64,000 bases of DNA from Gemmatimonadota bacterium (lineage in GTDB: Bacteria; Gemmatimonadota; Gemmatimonadetes; Gemmatimonadales; Gemmatimonadaceae), in the NCBI GenBank assembly GCA_031372565.1, contig JANMLN010000083.1:1-64000 (forward strand). The letters are read 5' to 3'. A model generated the notes under the pieces. The model searched no databases and was not told the origin of the DNA. It saw only the letters and a list, made by a program, of their open reading frames with translations. The position numbers were made by a program, and so were the translations under genes. Within the stretch, counting starts at the first letter, position 1, and each line of letters begins with the position of its first letter. Below, in pieces: positions 37,667 through 46,992 of this stretch.

Positions 37667-40468
37667 ATGGCACTCCACGACTCCATCGCGGTGCAGGACG
37701 GTCCGGCGGGCTCGCTCTTCGAGCGGCTCGTCGCCCTGTCGTCCGAGGCGATGCTGGCCTGCTCGTTCGAGGGCAAGATCCTGCACTGCAACCCCGCGTT
37801 CGCCGCGGTCCTGGGATGGACCTCGGCCGAGACGCGCGGGAGGCCGGTGAGCGAGCTGCTGCATCGCGACGACATGAGCACGGTGCTTGAGCGGTGGCGT
37901 GGGTCCGCGTCGACTGGCGAGATCGTGACGATGGATTGTCGGTGGATGCATCGCGACGGCGGCTGGGTCTGGCTGTCGTGGTCCGGGCGTATCGACGCCG
38001 ATCTGGGCATGATGATCGGGGTCGGTCGCAACATCTCGCGTCGCAAGGCCGCAGAAGTGATCGATCGCGGTCAGCGCACGGTACTGGACGCCATTGCCCA
38101 TGGACAGCCGCTGCCGGCGATCCTGCGCGGGGTCGTGGAGTTCGTGGAGCGTGAGTCACCGGGTGCGCTCTGCTCGGTCCTGACGCTCGACGAGACGGGA
38201 ACGCACATGCACGTGGCCGCGGCGCCGAGCGTGCCGGACGTGTTCAACGCGGCCATCGAGGGCCTCGCCATCGGCGAGGCGGTCGGATCCTGCGGCACGG
38301 CCATCTGGCGACGTTCGCGCGTGGTCGTCACCGACATCGCGCAGGATCCCCTGTGGGCGGCGTACCGCGACCTGGCGCTCGTGCACGACCTCCGTGCCTG
38401 TTGGGCGGAGCCATTCTTCGGACCGGACGGGCACGTGCTTGGTGCGCTCGCCCTGTACGCGCGCGATGTGCGTGGGCCGGCGCCCGACGAGCTCGCCTTG
38501 CTCGAGGCCGCGGCCCGGCTGGCCGGCATCGCGGTGTCGAGTCGCCAGGCGGCCGAGGATCTCGAACTCGCGCAGCGCGCCATGGCGCACATGAGCGATA
38601 TGGTGCTGATCTCGCGGCACGACGTGTCGATGGACGGACCGGGCCGCCTGGTCTTCGCGAACGCCGCCTTCGAGCGGACGGTCGGCTACTCGCGCGCCGA
38701 GATGCAGGCGCTCGGCCCGCGCCGCCTCGCGTCGTTGGTGACCGATGAAGGCGAAGCGGATGTGCGTCGCCGTCGCGTGCGGGAGGGCGCCGCGGTGCAC
38801 AGCCCGATTGCCCTCCGCACGCGCGACGGCCGCACCCTGCCGGCCGAGCTGGAGATGGCCCCGATTCGCGACAGCGCCGGTCGCGTGACCCACACGCTCA
38901 CCGTGGTGCGCGACCTCTCGCGCAGCGTGGAAGCGGAGGTCGAGTTGCGCCGTACGCAGTCGATTTTCCGCGCCATCCTCGACGCGGCACCGTTGGTCGT
39001 GTGGTCGATGGATCGGCAGGGGGTCTTCACGCGCGTGGAAGGACGCGGGCTCGAGTCGACCGGCATCGCCCCGGGGCAGCTCGTCGGAAGTTCGGCCGTC
39101 GAGTTCTTCCGGGACGTCCGCCTGAGCGGTGATGACGGCCGTTTCCACACCGCAGACGAAGTGACGAAGGCGGTGCTCGAACGCGGTGAGCGGCTCGTGG
39201 GCACGGTGCACATTCGCGGCCACTATTTCGAGGTCGCCGTCGGTCCACTGCGCAATGCCGACGGCGTGATCGAAGGCGAGGTCTGCGTGGCGTTGGTCGT
39301 CTCCGACCGCGTACGTCTCGAGACGCAGCTGCGCCACGCGCAGAAGATGGAGGCGGTCGGCCGACTCGCTGGCGGCGTGGCGCACGACTTCAACAACGTG
39401 CTGACGGCGATCCTCGGCTTCGCCACGGTGACGCTCGAGGATGTGCCGGCGGACGGCGCCGTGGCGGACGGTCTGATGGAGATCATCGCGGCGACGCGCC
39501 GCGCCGGGGATCTGACCAAGCGCCTGCTGGTCTTCTCGAGGCAACAAGTGCTGCAGCCGCGTTCGCTCCTGTTGAGCGAGATCGTCTCGACGTGCGAGAA
39601 GCTGCTGGTCCGCCTGATCGGCGAGGACGTCCAGCTTGCGACTTCGCACGCGGAGCCGGTCTGGCAGGTGCGCGGCGACCCGTCGCAGCTCGAGCAGGTG
39701 GTGATGAACCTCGCGGTGAACGCCCGCGACGCCATGCCGTACGGTGGAACGCTGCTCATCTCGACGCGTAGCCTGTCGGTCTCGGCGGCAACGCCTGCGC
39801 CCGATCCCTCGGTGCCCGCCGGCCAGTGGGTGCTGCTGTCCGTCTCCGACAACGGCGTCGGGATGGCCGAGGACGTGCTGTCGCGCATCTATGAACCGTT
39901 CTTCACCACCAAGGCGCCGGGCCGTGGCTCCGGCCTCGGCCTCTCGACCGTGTACGGCATCGTCACCCAGAGCGGCGGTCACGTGCACGTCGAGAGCACG
40001 CTGGGCGCGGGCACCACGTTCCGCGTCTACCTGCCGCGCGAGGAGAGCGACGTGGTGCGCGTCGAGACGCCCGCGAAGCCCGAGCGCCCGGGTGCAGGAA
40101 CCGAGACCGTGCTGATCGCCGAAGACGATCGCGGTGTGCGCGACCTGATTCGGCTCGCGCTCTCCCGGTTCGGCTACAAGTGCCTCGTGGCGGCGTCGGG
40201 GGAGGAGGCATTGGGCATTGCTGCCGCGCACGACGGGCCGCTGCCGATTCTCGTCTCCGACGTGGTGATGCCCCGCATGAGTGGTCCGCAACTGCGCGAT
40301 CGCCTGCTCGCCATTCGCCCCGAGACGCGCGTGCTCTTCCTCTCGGGCTACACGGACGACGAGATGATCAAGCGCGGGGTGCTCGAGGACGGCGTCGCGT
40401 TCCTGCAGAAGCCGTTCCCGCCCGATGCGCTGGCGCGCAAGGTCCGCGAGGTACTCGACAAACCGTGA
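37667..40468 (+). CDS. Cytoplasmic hybrid sensor histidine kinase (PAS-GAF-PAS-PAS-HisKA-HATPase-REC)
   Basis: PAS (NPAF...LGW), GAF (GSCGTA), H-box GGVAHDFNN, N-box NLAVNARDAM, G-boxes DNGVGM and GSGLGL, receiver EDD/SDVVMP/FLQKP. Confidence 0.93.
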   Translation: MALHDSIAVQDGPAGSLFERLVALSSEAMLACSFEGKILHCNPAFAAVLGWTSAETRGRPVSELLHRDDMSTVLERWRGSASTGEIVTMDCRWMHRDGGWVWLSWSGRIDADLGMMIGVGRNISRRKAAEVIDRGQRTVLDAIAHGQPLPAILRGVVEFVERESPGALCSVLTLDETGTHMHVAAAPSVPDVFNAAIEGLAIGEAVGSCGTAIWRRSRVVVTDIAQDPLWAAYRDLALVHDLRACWAEPFFGPDGHVLGALALYARDVRGPAPDELALLEAAARLAGIAVSSRQAAEDLELAQRAMAHMSDMVLISRHDVSMDGPGRLVFANAAFERTVGYSRAEMQALGPRRLASLVTDEGEADVRRRRVREGAAVHSPIALRTRDGRTLPAELEMAPIRDSAGRVTHTLTVVRDLSRSVEAEVELRRTQSIFRAILDAAPLVVWSMDRQGVFTRVEGRGLESTGIAPGQLVGSSAVEFFRDVRLSGDDGRFHTADEVTKAVLERGERLVGTVHIRGHYFEVAVGPLRNADGVIEGEVCVALVVSDRVRLETQLRHAQKMEAVGRLAGGVAHDFNNVLTAILGFATVTLEDVPADGAVADGLMEIIAATRRAGDLTKRLLVFSRQQVLQPRSLLLSEIVSTCEKLLVRLIGEDVQLATSHAEPVWQVRGDPSQLEQVVMNLAVNARDAMPYGGTLLISTRSLSVSAATPAPDPSVPAGQWVLLSVSDNGVGMAEDVLSRIYEPFFTTKAPGRGSGLGLSTVYGIVTQSGGHVHVESTLGAGTTFRVYLPREESDVVRVETPAKPERPGAGTETVLIAEDDRGVRDLIRLALSRFGYKCLVAASGEEALGIAAAHDGPLPILVSDVVMPRMSGPQLRDRLLAIRPETRVLFLSGYTDDEMIKRGVLEDGVAFLQKPFPPDALARKVREVLDKP

Positions 40469-40483
40469 CCGTGGCGCGGCGCG

Positions 40484-41512
40484 CTATCGCGCGCGCACCA
40501 GCGCCATGCCATCCGGCTCTCGCCCCGCGGCGAGGAGTCGCACCACCGTTCGCTTGACGAGATCGACTTCCGCGATCCGGTCCATCGCCGCCAATGCGAC
40601 GAACGCGCGCGTGCCCGACGGGTCCATCAGGATGCCCAGTGGGACGGCGGAGGTGCCCATCTGCGCACCCAGCAGTTGCGGTCGCACGAGCGCGGAATCG
40701 ACCGTGAACGTCAGCACGCCATCGGGGCGCCCGGTCCTCACATCGTAGAAACCGAGCGTGCTGCTCTGCGCGTTGGAGAGCACGACCGTGCGGCCGTCCG
40801 GGGTGAACTTGAGGCGATTCGGAAACTTCCCCGTAGGCATCGATCGCAACGTGTCGAGCGTGGCCGCGTCGAGAATCGTGACGCGCTCGAGCGTGCGGTC
40901 GGCCGTCCAGAGCGAGCGGCCGTCGGGCGACAGGTCGATCGCCTCGGGAAACTTTCCGAGTACGGTTGTCTTGAGGCGCGTGCGAGCGACGAGATCGAGC
41001 ATGCTCACGCTCCCCGAGCCCAGATTGGCGGTATACGCGCGCGTGCCGTCCTTCGACGTCACGAGCAGGTGCGTCCCTTGCTGCTCCGTGCCGATGGCTT
41101 GTACCACCGTGCCGGCCTCCACGTCGACCAGCAGCACCGCCTGGTTCGCTTCGACCGTGACGACCACATGCCGACGGTCGGGCAGCCACGCGATGCCGTG
41201 CGGGCGCCGATACGATCCAAGATCGATCGTGCGAACGACGGCGAGCCGGTCGAGGTCGAGCACCGCCAACGATCGGCCGGGCGATGACGCCGTGCCGTAG
41301 TTGCAGGCCACCGCGAGGCGGCCGTCGTCGCGCACCGACACTTCGTGCGGCCCCTCGCCCACGGGCAGCGTGGCGATGATGGCGCCGTCCGCGAGATTGA
41401 TGAGCGACGCGGTCGCCTCGGCCTTGTTGAGCACGATGAGCCGATCGCCGGGACGCTGTGCGCCGAGCGGCAGGGCAACGAGGCAAGCCGCGGCGACGAA
41501 TCGCCACATCAT
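40484..41512 (-). CDS. Secreted YVTN/YncE-family beta-propeller protein
   Basis: Signal peptide, then repeated blades (VGEGPHEV, RPHGIAW, DGTRAYTAN, FPEAIDLSPDG, EPDGMA). Start overlaps the esterase stop (ATGA). Confidence 0.85.
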   Translation of the reverse strand: MMWRFVAAACLVALPLGAQRPGDRLIVLNKAEATASLINLADGAIIATLPVGEGPHEVSVRDDGRLAVACNYGTASSPGRSLAVLDLDRLAVVRTIDLGSYRRPHGIAWLPDRRHVVVTVEANQAVLLVDVEAGTVVQAIGTEQQGTHLLVTSKDGTRAYTANLGSGSVSMLDLVARTRLKTTVLGKFPEAIDLSPDGRSLWTADRTLERVTILDAATLDTLRSMPTGKFPNRLKFTPDGRTVVLSNAQSSTLGFYDVRTGRPDGVLTFTVDSALVRPQLLGAQMGTSAVPLGILMDPSGTRAFVALAAMDRIAEVDLVKRTVVRLLAAGREPDGMALVRAR

Positions 41513-43140
41513 GGAGCGCCTCCCGTCCGCACGGTGGCACGTTCTTCGCTCCGCGCACGATGGCCGAGAATCTCGCCCATCAGATCGAGCTGCGCGGGAC
41601 GCGGCCCGGGGATCGCCCCGATGCGGGGACCGAACTCCATCGTCTCGTCGCCGGCCACCGTGAAGCGGGGCCACGCGGCGAGGTCCGGTCCGTTGGGATC
41701 ACCCACCGCGGCGAATCGCGCCCAGGCCCCCGACATGGCGACGGCCAGCGTCGTGTCGTACGGGGTCGTGCCCCACAGCGGCGAGGTGGAGCCGCGCACA
41801 CCGAACACGAACGGGATCTCCGAGCCGTGGAAGGCGCCGACCGCGAGCCCCGTCATCCCGTTCGCCACGCGCGTGTAGTAGTAGCGGAACACCGGGACGC
41901 CGGCGCGTGAGAGCGCACGAGCGGTCTCGCGCGTTGTGGCCGTGAAGACATCATCGGTCCAGAGCAGGCGGTAGGCGCGGACCGGGCCAGCCGGGCCCTC
42001 GGCCGGAGGGTAGGCAGCAAGCGCCCGCGCCGCGAACGTGGCGGGATACGAGGCACGGACGGCCGAGTCGAGCTCGGCTGCGGTTCGCAGCTTGAGGTCA
42101 CGCACGAGCACCGTGCTCTCATCGGCGTTCGAGCCGACGATCACCGGCACCTTGGCGACGCGCCCGGAGAGCAGCGCGAGCGTCGGCGCTTCCACCAGGA
42201 AGGTGCCATCGACGACCTCGGGATAGGCCGATATACCGAGCGAGGACACGCGAGCCAGCAGCGAATCGGCGGGCATGGCGCGCAGTGCGGCCAGCGCGTC
42301 GGCGCCGCGGCCTGACACACCGGCCGTGAGCGCGGTGGCGAGCCCGGCCCGTTCGCCAGTGCGCGCGGAATCCGGCCCGCTCAACGGCACGGTAAATCGA
42401 TAGGTGTTGCCGCTTTCCATGATCGCGCGGTGGAAGAGTCCGCGCGACATCGGGGACACGAGGTGCAGGCCCACCGAGAACGCGCCGGCCGACTCACCGA
42501 AGATCGTGACGTTCGCCGGATCGCCACCGAAGGCGGCAATCTCGCGTTGCACCCACCTGAGCGCCGCGACCTGATCAAGAAAGCCGTAGGCGCCCGAGCC
42601 CTTCCCGTTCGCCTCGGCCGAGAGCGCCGGATGGGCCAGATAGCCGAACACGCCCAGGCGATAGTTGATCGTGACGACCACCGCGCCCAGCTGGGCGAGC
42701 CTCGTACCGTCGTAGATGGTGCTGCGGCCGCTGCCATGCGTGAAGCCGCCGCCGTGAATCCAGACCATCACCGGTCGCTTGGTGCCGCGCGGGGCGGCCG
42801 ACCAGACATTGAGCGTGAGGCAGTCTTCGCTCACGGGGTCCATGGGACCGCCGAACATCTTGGTGAGACGGTCGGTCTGCATGCACATCGGCCCGTACGC
42901 CGAGGCGTCGCGCGGCGTGCGCCACGCCACGGGTGCGACGGGCGGTTTCCAGCGCAGTGCGCCGGCAGGTGGCGCCGCGAACGGAATCCCGAGCCAGCGC
43001 GATACGCCGGCCGAGTCCCGGCCGTCGACCGCGCCCAGCGACGTGACCACGCGCTGTGGCGCCGCCGACTGCGCCTCAGCGGAGCCGAAGCCGAAGAGCA
43101 GCACAGTGGCCGTAATGATGAGGAACTGGATCGGGCGCAT
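41509..43140 (-). CDS. Secreted type-B carboxylesterase/lipase
   Basis: GIPFAAPP, SEDCLTLNVW, WIHGGG, FGESAG (nucleophile), GSNADE, AFHGSEIP, GDPN. Confidence 0.93.
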   Translation of the reverse strand: MRPIQFLIITATVLLFGFGSAEAQSAAPQRVVTSLGAVDGRDSAGVSRWLGIPFAAPPAGALRWKPPVAPVAWRTPRDASAYGPMCMQTDRLTKMFGGPMDPVSEDCLTLNVWSAAPRGTKRPVMVWIHGGGFTHGSGRSTIYDGTRLAQLGAVVVTINYRLGVFGYLAHPALSAEANGKGSGAYGFLDQVAALRWVQREIAAFGGDPANVTIFGESAGAFSVGLHLVSPMSRGLFHRAIMESGNTYRFTVPLSGPDSARTGERAGLATALTAGVSGRGADALAALRAMPADSLLARVSSLGISAYPEVVDGTFLVEAPTLALLSGRVAKVPVIVGSNADESTVLVRDLKLRTAAELDSAVRASYPATFAARALAAYPPAEGPAGPVRAYRLLWTDDVFTATTRETARALSRAGVPVFRYYYTRVANGMTGLAVGAFHGSEIPFVFGVRGSTSPLWGTTPYDTTLAVAMSGAWARFAAVGDPNGPDLAAWPRFTVAGDETMEFGPRIGAIPGPRPAQLDLMGEILGHRARSEERATVRTGGAP

Positions 43141-43161
43141 CGGGGGCATGTGGGTGAGGCG

Positions 43162-43590
43162 TCAGAGAGCGAGGAAGCGGTCGCGGGCGACGTCGAGCTC
43201 GTCCGCGAGCGTGCGCTGGGCGCCCGGAAGAGCGGCCACGCGTGCGAGGGCATCGGCCAGCGTTGCCGAGAGGCGCTCACGCCAGAGCGGCGCGGCGTTC
43301 CACTCGGCATCGGCAGCGGCGAGGAGTGTCACGAGGAGGTCACCGGGCTGCCCGTCGGCCGCCAGGAGGGGATCGGCAGAGAGTCGGTCCAGCGCGAGCG
43401 GGATGACGCGGTCGAGCGCTCGTCCTTCGCTCAGCAGGAAGCGGACCTCGCCGTGCGAGAGGGCGTCCAGCGGCACGCGCAGCGCGCGCGACAGCCGCGC
43501 CACGCGCGGACCGCCGTACGCCCCCTTCGCGATATCGAGCCCCTCGAGCGCGGCCAGCGAGCCGGGGAGGGGCGGATCGGCGTCCACCAT
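43162..43590 (-). CDS. CdiI-like contact-dependent inhibition immunity protein (orphan)
   Basis: SLAALEG...RVPLDALSHGEVRFLLSEG...IPLALDRLSADPL...PGDLL...W matches my recollection of the CdiI_3-type immunity consensus. Confidence 0.6.
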   Translation of the reverse strand: MVDADPPLPGSLAALEGLDIAKGAYGGPRVARLSRALRVPLDALSHGEVRFLLSEGRALDRVIPLALDRLSADPLLAADGQPGDLLVTLLAAADAEWNAAPLWRERLSATLADALARVAALPGAQRTLADELDVARDRFLAL

Positions 43591-43657
43591 GCGCGAAAGG
43601 TGCGGCGGGGGGGCCGCCCGCGCCATTATCTTTGTCGGTCAACTCCTGCCCGCACCC

Positions 43658-44959
43658 ATGACGACGCCCTTCGCCCGTATCGCCGAGCTCCCACAGCACG
43701 TCGGCCAGACCGTGACCGTTCGCGGTTGGGTCACGCACCTCCGTTCATCCGGCAAGATCGCCTTCGTGGTACTGCGCGATGGCACCGGGCTGATGCAGGG
43801 GGTCGTCATGAAGAACGCCGTGAGCCCCGAGGCGTGGGGCCGGTTCGGCGAGTTGACGCAGGAGGCGTGCGTCGCCGTCACGGGAGAAGTCCGGGCGGAG
43901 CCGCGCTCGCCGGGGGGCCACGAGCTGGGCGTGAGCGAGCTGACGATCATCGGCGTGTCGCCGCTGGATTATCCGATCCAGCCGAAGGAGCACGGGATCG
44001 ACCACCTGCTCGACAACCGCCATTTGTGGTTGCGCACGCCGCGGCAGGTCGCCATCGCGAAGATCCGGCACGAGATCGAGCAGGCGATTCACGATTTCTT
44101 CTATGAGCGCGGCTTCCTGCGCGTCGACACGCCACTGCTCACGGCGGCGATCGGCGAGCGGAGCGGCCTCTTCAGCACCGAGTACTTCGAGGAAGGGAAC
44201 GCCTATCTCGCGCAGACGGGCCAGCTGTACGGTGAGGCCGCCGCCGCCGCGTTCGGCAAGATCTACACCTTCGGTCCCACCTTCCGCGCCGAGAAGAGCA
44301 AGACGCGCCGCCACCTCACCGAGTTCTGGATGATCGAACCCGAAGTGGCCTTCAACGATACGCACGACAACATGCGCCTGCAGGAAGATCTGGTCTGCTT
44401 CCTCGTCGAGCGCGTGCTGGAACGTCGACAGGCCGAGCTGGCCGAGCTTGAGCGCGACGTGAGCAAGCTGCGCGCCGTGGTGCGGCCGTTCGTGCGCCTC
44501 GACTATACCGACGCGATCACGCTCGTGCAGGGGAAGGGAAGCGCCGCCAAGTGGGGTGACGATCTGGGTGCCGAAGACGAGGCGCTCATCGTCGCCGACT
44601 ACGACCGTCCCGTCTTCGTCATGAACTACCCGAAGGAGGCCAAGGCCTTCTACATGAAGGAGAACCCGGACGATCCGCGCACCGTGTTGTGCGATGACCT
44701 GCTGGCTCCCGAGGGGTACGGGGAAATGATCGGCGGTTCGCAGCGTGAGGATGACTACGACAAGCTGCTGCACCGCATTCGAGAGGAAGGGTTGCCCGAG
44801 GACGCGTACGGGTGGTACCTGGACCTGCGCAAGTACGGCACCTTCCCGCACTCGGGGTTCGGGCTCGGCCTGGAGCGCACGATCGCGTGGATCTGCGGCA
44901 CGCCGCACATCCGCGAAGTGATCGCGTTCCCGCGCATGATGCACCGGCTGCGTCCGTAG
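43658..44959 (+). CDS. asnS: Asparagine--tRNA ligase
   Basis: OB-fold VRGWV...LRDGTG, YLAQTGQLY, FRAEKSKTRRHLTEFWMIEPE, YPKEAKAFYM, GGSQRE, GLGLER. Confidence 0.96.
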   Translation: MTTPFARIAELPQHVGQTVTVRGWVTHLRSSGKIAFVVLRDGTGLMQGVVMKNAVSPEAWGRFGELTQEACVAVTGEVRAEPRSPGGHELGVSELTIIGVSPLDYPIQPKEHGIDHLLDNRHLWLRTPRQVAIAKIRHEIEQAIHDFFYERGFLRVDTPLLTAAIGERSGLFSTEYFEEGNAYLAQTGQLYGEAAAAAFGKIYTFGPTFRAEKSKTRRHLTEFWMIEPEVAFNDTHDNMRLQEDLVCFLVERVLERRQAELAELERDVSKLRAVVRPFVRLDYTDAITLVQGKGSAAKWGDDLGAEDEALIVADYDRPVFVMNYPKEAKAFYMKENPDDPRTVLCDDLLAPEGYGEMIGGSQREDDYDKLLHRIREEGLPEDAYGWYLDLRKYGTFPHSGFGLGLERTIAWICGTPHIREVIAFPRMMHRLRP

Positions 44960-44968
44960 GCCGCTCCG

Positions 44969-45598
44969 GTGACGACGCGTCCGACTCCCGATTACGCGTC
45001 CGGCGTCTGGGCGCACATCTTCGCCCCGCGCGCCAAGGGTGAGGTGCGGTACTGGCTGGTGAAGTCCGAGCCCGACGTGTTTTCGTGGGAGCAGTTGAAC
45101 GCCCGCGCCGATCGCACCACGCACTGGGACGGCGTCCGCAACTACTCGGCGCGCAACTTCATGCTCGACGGCATGGCGCTGGGTGATCGGGTGTTCTATT
45201 ACCACTCGAACGCGAATCCGCAGGCGATCGTCGGCATCGCCGAAGTCGCGAAGCTCGCGTACCCTGATCACACACAGTTCGAGAAGGGGAACGACTACTA
45301 CGACGGCGACGCGACGCCCGACGCGCCGACCTGGTGGATGGTGAACGTGCGCGCGGTCGAGACGCTGGCGCGGCCGGTGACGCTCGCCGAGATCAAGGCG
45401 ACGCCGGCGCTGGCGAACATGGCGCTGCTCAAGGTCGGGCGGCTGTCGGTTGTGCCGGTGACGCCGGCGGAATGGGCCGCCGTGCTCGACCTGGCGAAGA
45501 CGCCGGTGCCGGTGGCGACGAAGCAGGTCGTGAAGAAGGTCGTGAAGAAGATCGCCAAGCAGGTCGCGCGGAAGAAGACGTCTACCAAGACGAAGTAA
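44969..45598 (+). CDS. EVE-domain protein with Lys-rich C-terminal tail
   Basis: YWLVKSEP, WDGVRNYSARN, FYYHSN, AYPDHTQF, RLSVVPV, then the tail KQVVKKVVKKIAKQVARKKTSTKTK. Confidence 0.92.
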   Translation: MTTRPTPDYASGVWAHIFAPRAKGEVRYWLVKSEPDVFSWEQLNARADRTTHWDGVRNYSARNFMLDGMALGDRVFYYHSNANPQAIVGIAEVAKLAYPDHTQFEKGNDYYDGDATPDAPTWWMVNVRAVETLARPVTLAEIKATPALANMALLKVGRLSVVPVTPAEWAAVLDLAKTPVPVATKQVVKKVVKKIAKQVARKKTSTKTK

Positions 45599-45610
45599 CG
45601 ATACAGGCAC

Positions 45611-45641
45611 AAGCAGGTCCTTCGCTTCGCTCAGGACGACA
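45611..45641. repeat. REP-like palindromic repeat, copy 2
   Basis: AAGCAGGTCCTTCGCTTCGCTCAGGACGACA, 28/31 identical to 31234-31264. Confidence 0.75.
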
Positions 45642-45647
45642 ACTGGT

Positions 45648-46991
45648 GTGACCATGACGACTGCCATCGCTCCCCCGCTCACCGCCTTGGACCTCGACGC
45701 CCACTGGATGCCGTTCACGGCGAATCGCGCGTTCAAGGCAGCGCCACGGCTGCTCGCCCGCGCCGAGGGCATGTATTACACGGATGTCGACGGCAACCAC
45801 ATTCTTGATGGGTGCTCCGGCCTCTGGTGCGTGAACGCAGGGCACGGCCGCAAGCCGATCAGCGATGCGATCGCGCGCTCCGCAGCGGAGCTCGACTTCG
45901 CGCCGAGCTTCCAGATGGGACATCCCGCCACCTTCCAGCTGGCGACGCGACTGGGCGCGATGCTCCCCGGTGAGATCGACCACGTGTTCTTCACCAACTC
46001 GGGCTCCGAGGCGGTGGACTCTGCGCTCAAGATCGCGATGGCGTACTGGCGCGCGCGCGGGGAGCCCCAGCGCACGCGATTCGTCGGCCGGTTGCGCGGC
46101 TATCACGGGGTGGGCTTCGGTGGTATCTCGGTCGGCGGCATCGAGCCCAATCGTGCGCCGTATGCCGCACAGTTGATGCCGGGGGTCGATCACCTGCCGC
46201 ACACGCATGGCCTCGCGGCCAACCTGTTCAGCAGGGGGCAGCCAGCGAGCGGGGCGGAACTCGCCGATGTGCTCGAGCAGATCGTCGCCGACCGCGGGGC
46301 GCAGACGATCGCCGCCGTCATCGTCGAGCCGGTCGCTGGTTCCACCGGCGTGCTCGTGCCGCCCACGGGCTACCTCGAACGGCTGCGGGCCATCTGCGAT
46401 GCACACGGCATCCTGCTCATCTTCGACGAAGTGATCACGGGCTTCGGGCGTCTTGGCGCGCCGTTCGCGGCGGACTACTTCGGGGTGCTCCCCGACATGA
46501 TGACCGTAGCCAAGGGAATCACCAACGGGTCCGTGCCGATGGGGGCCGTGTTCGTGCGGCGTGCCATCTACGAGACGACCATCGCGGCCACGCAACGCGG
46601 GATCGACTTCTTTCACGGCTACACGTACAGCGGGCACCCGCTGGCGTGCGCGGCCGCGATGGCAACGCTCGACGTCTACGAGGCCGACGGCTTGTTCACG
46701 CGCGCGGCAACGCTCGCCTCGCACTGGGAATCAGTGCTCCACGCGCTGCGCCCGCTGCCGAACGTGGTCGATATTCGCAACATCGGCCTCATGGGTGCGG
46801 TGGAGCTGGCGCCGCGCGATGGCCTGCCCGGCGCGCGGGGCATGGACTGCCTCGCGGGCGCCTTCAAGCGCGGGTTGCTCGTCCGCGTGACCGGCGACAC
46901 GATCGCACTGTCCCCGCCGCTCATCTCGGAGCGCGCGCATCTCGACGAGATGGGCACCATTCTCACGGATGTCATCCGGTCGGTGGCCTAG
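45648..46991 (+). CDS. Class III aminotransferase, omega-amino acid/beta-alanine--pyruvate transaminase-like
   Basis: HWMPFTANRAFK, SGLWCVNAGH, NSGSEAVD, GYHG, EPVAGSTG, FDEVITGFGR, TVAKG (PLP Lys), HGYTYSGHP. Confidence 0.9.
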   Translation: MTMTTAIAPPLTALDLDAHWMPFTANRAFKAAPRLLARAEGMYYTDVDGNHILDGCSGLWCVNAGHGRKPISDAIARSAAELDFAPSFQMGHPATFQLATRLGAMLPGEIDHVFFTNSGSEAVDSALKIAMAYWRARGEPQRTRFVGRLRGYHGVGFGGISVGGIEPNRAPYAAQLMPGVDHLPHTHGLAANLFSRGQPASGAELADVLEQIVADRGAQTIAAVIVEPVAGSTGVLVPPTGYLERLRAICDAHGILLIFDEVITGFGRLGAPFAADYFGVLPDMMTVAKGITNGSVPMGAVFVRRAIYETTIAATQRGIDFFHGYTYSGHPLACAAAMATLDVYEADGLFTRAATLASHWESVLHALRPLPNVVDIRNIGLMGAVELAPRDGLPGARGMDCLAGAFKRGLLVRVTGDTIALSPPLISERAHLDEMGTILTDVIRSVA

Positions 46992-46992
46992 C

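Noticed and set aside
41535..41550. Sigma54-like TGGCACGTTCTTCGCT
   Set aside because: It lies inside, and antisense to, the esterase gene, with no plus-strand gene to drive.
42779..43657. Apparent 293-aa N-terminal extension of AsnRS
   Set aside because: It overlaps two credible minus-strand genes, and AsnRS homology begins at ATG 43658.
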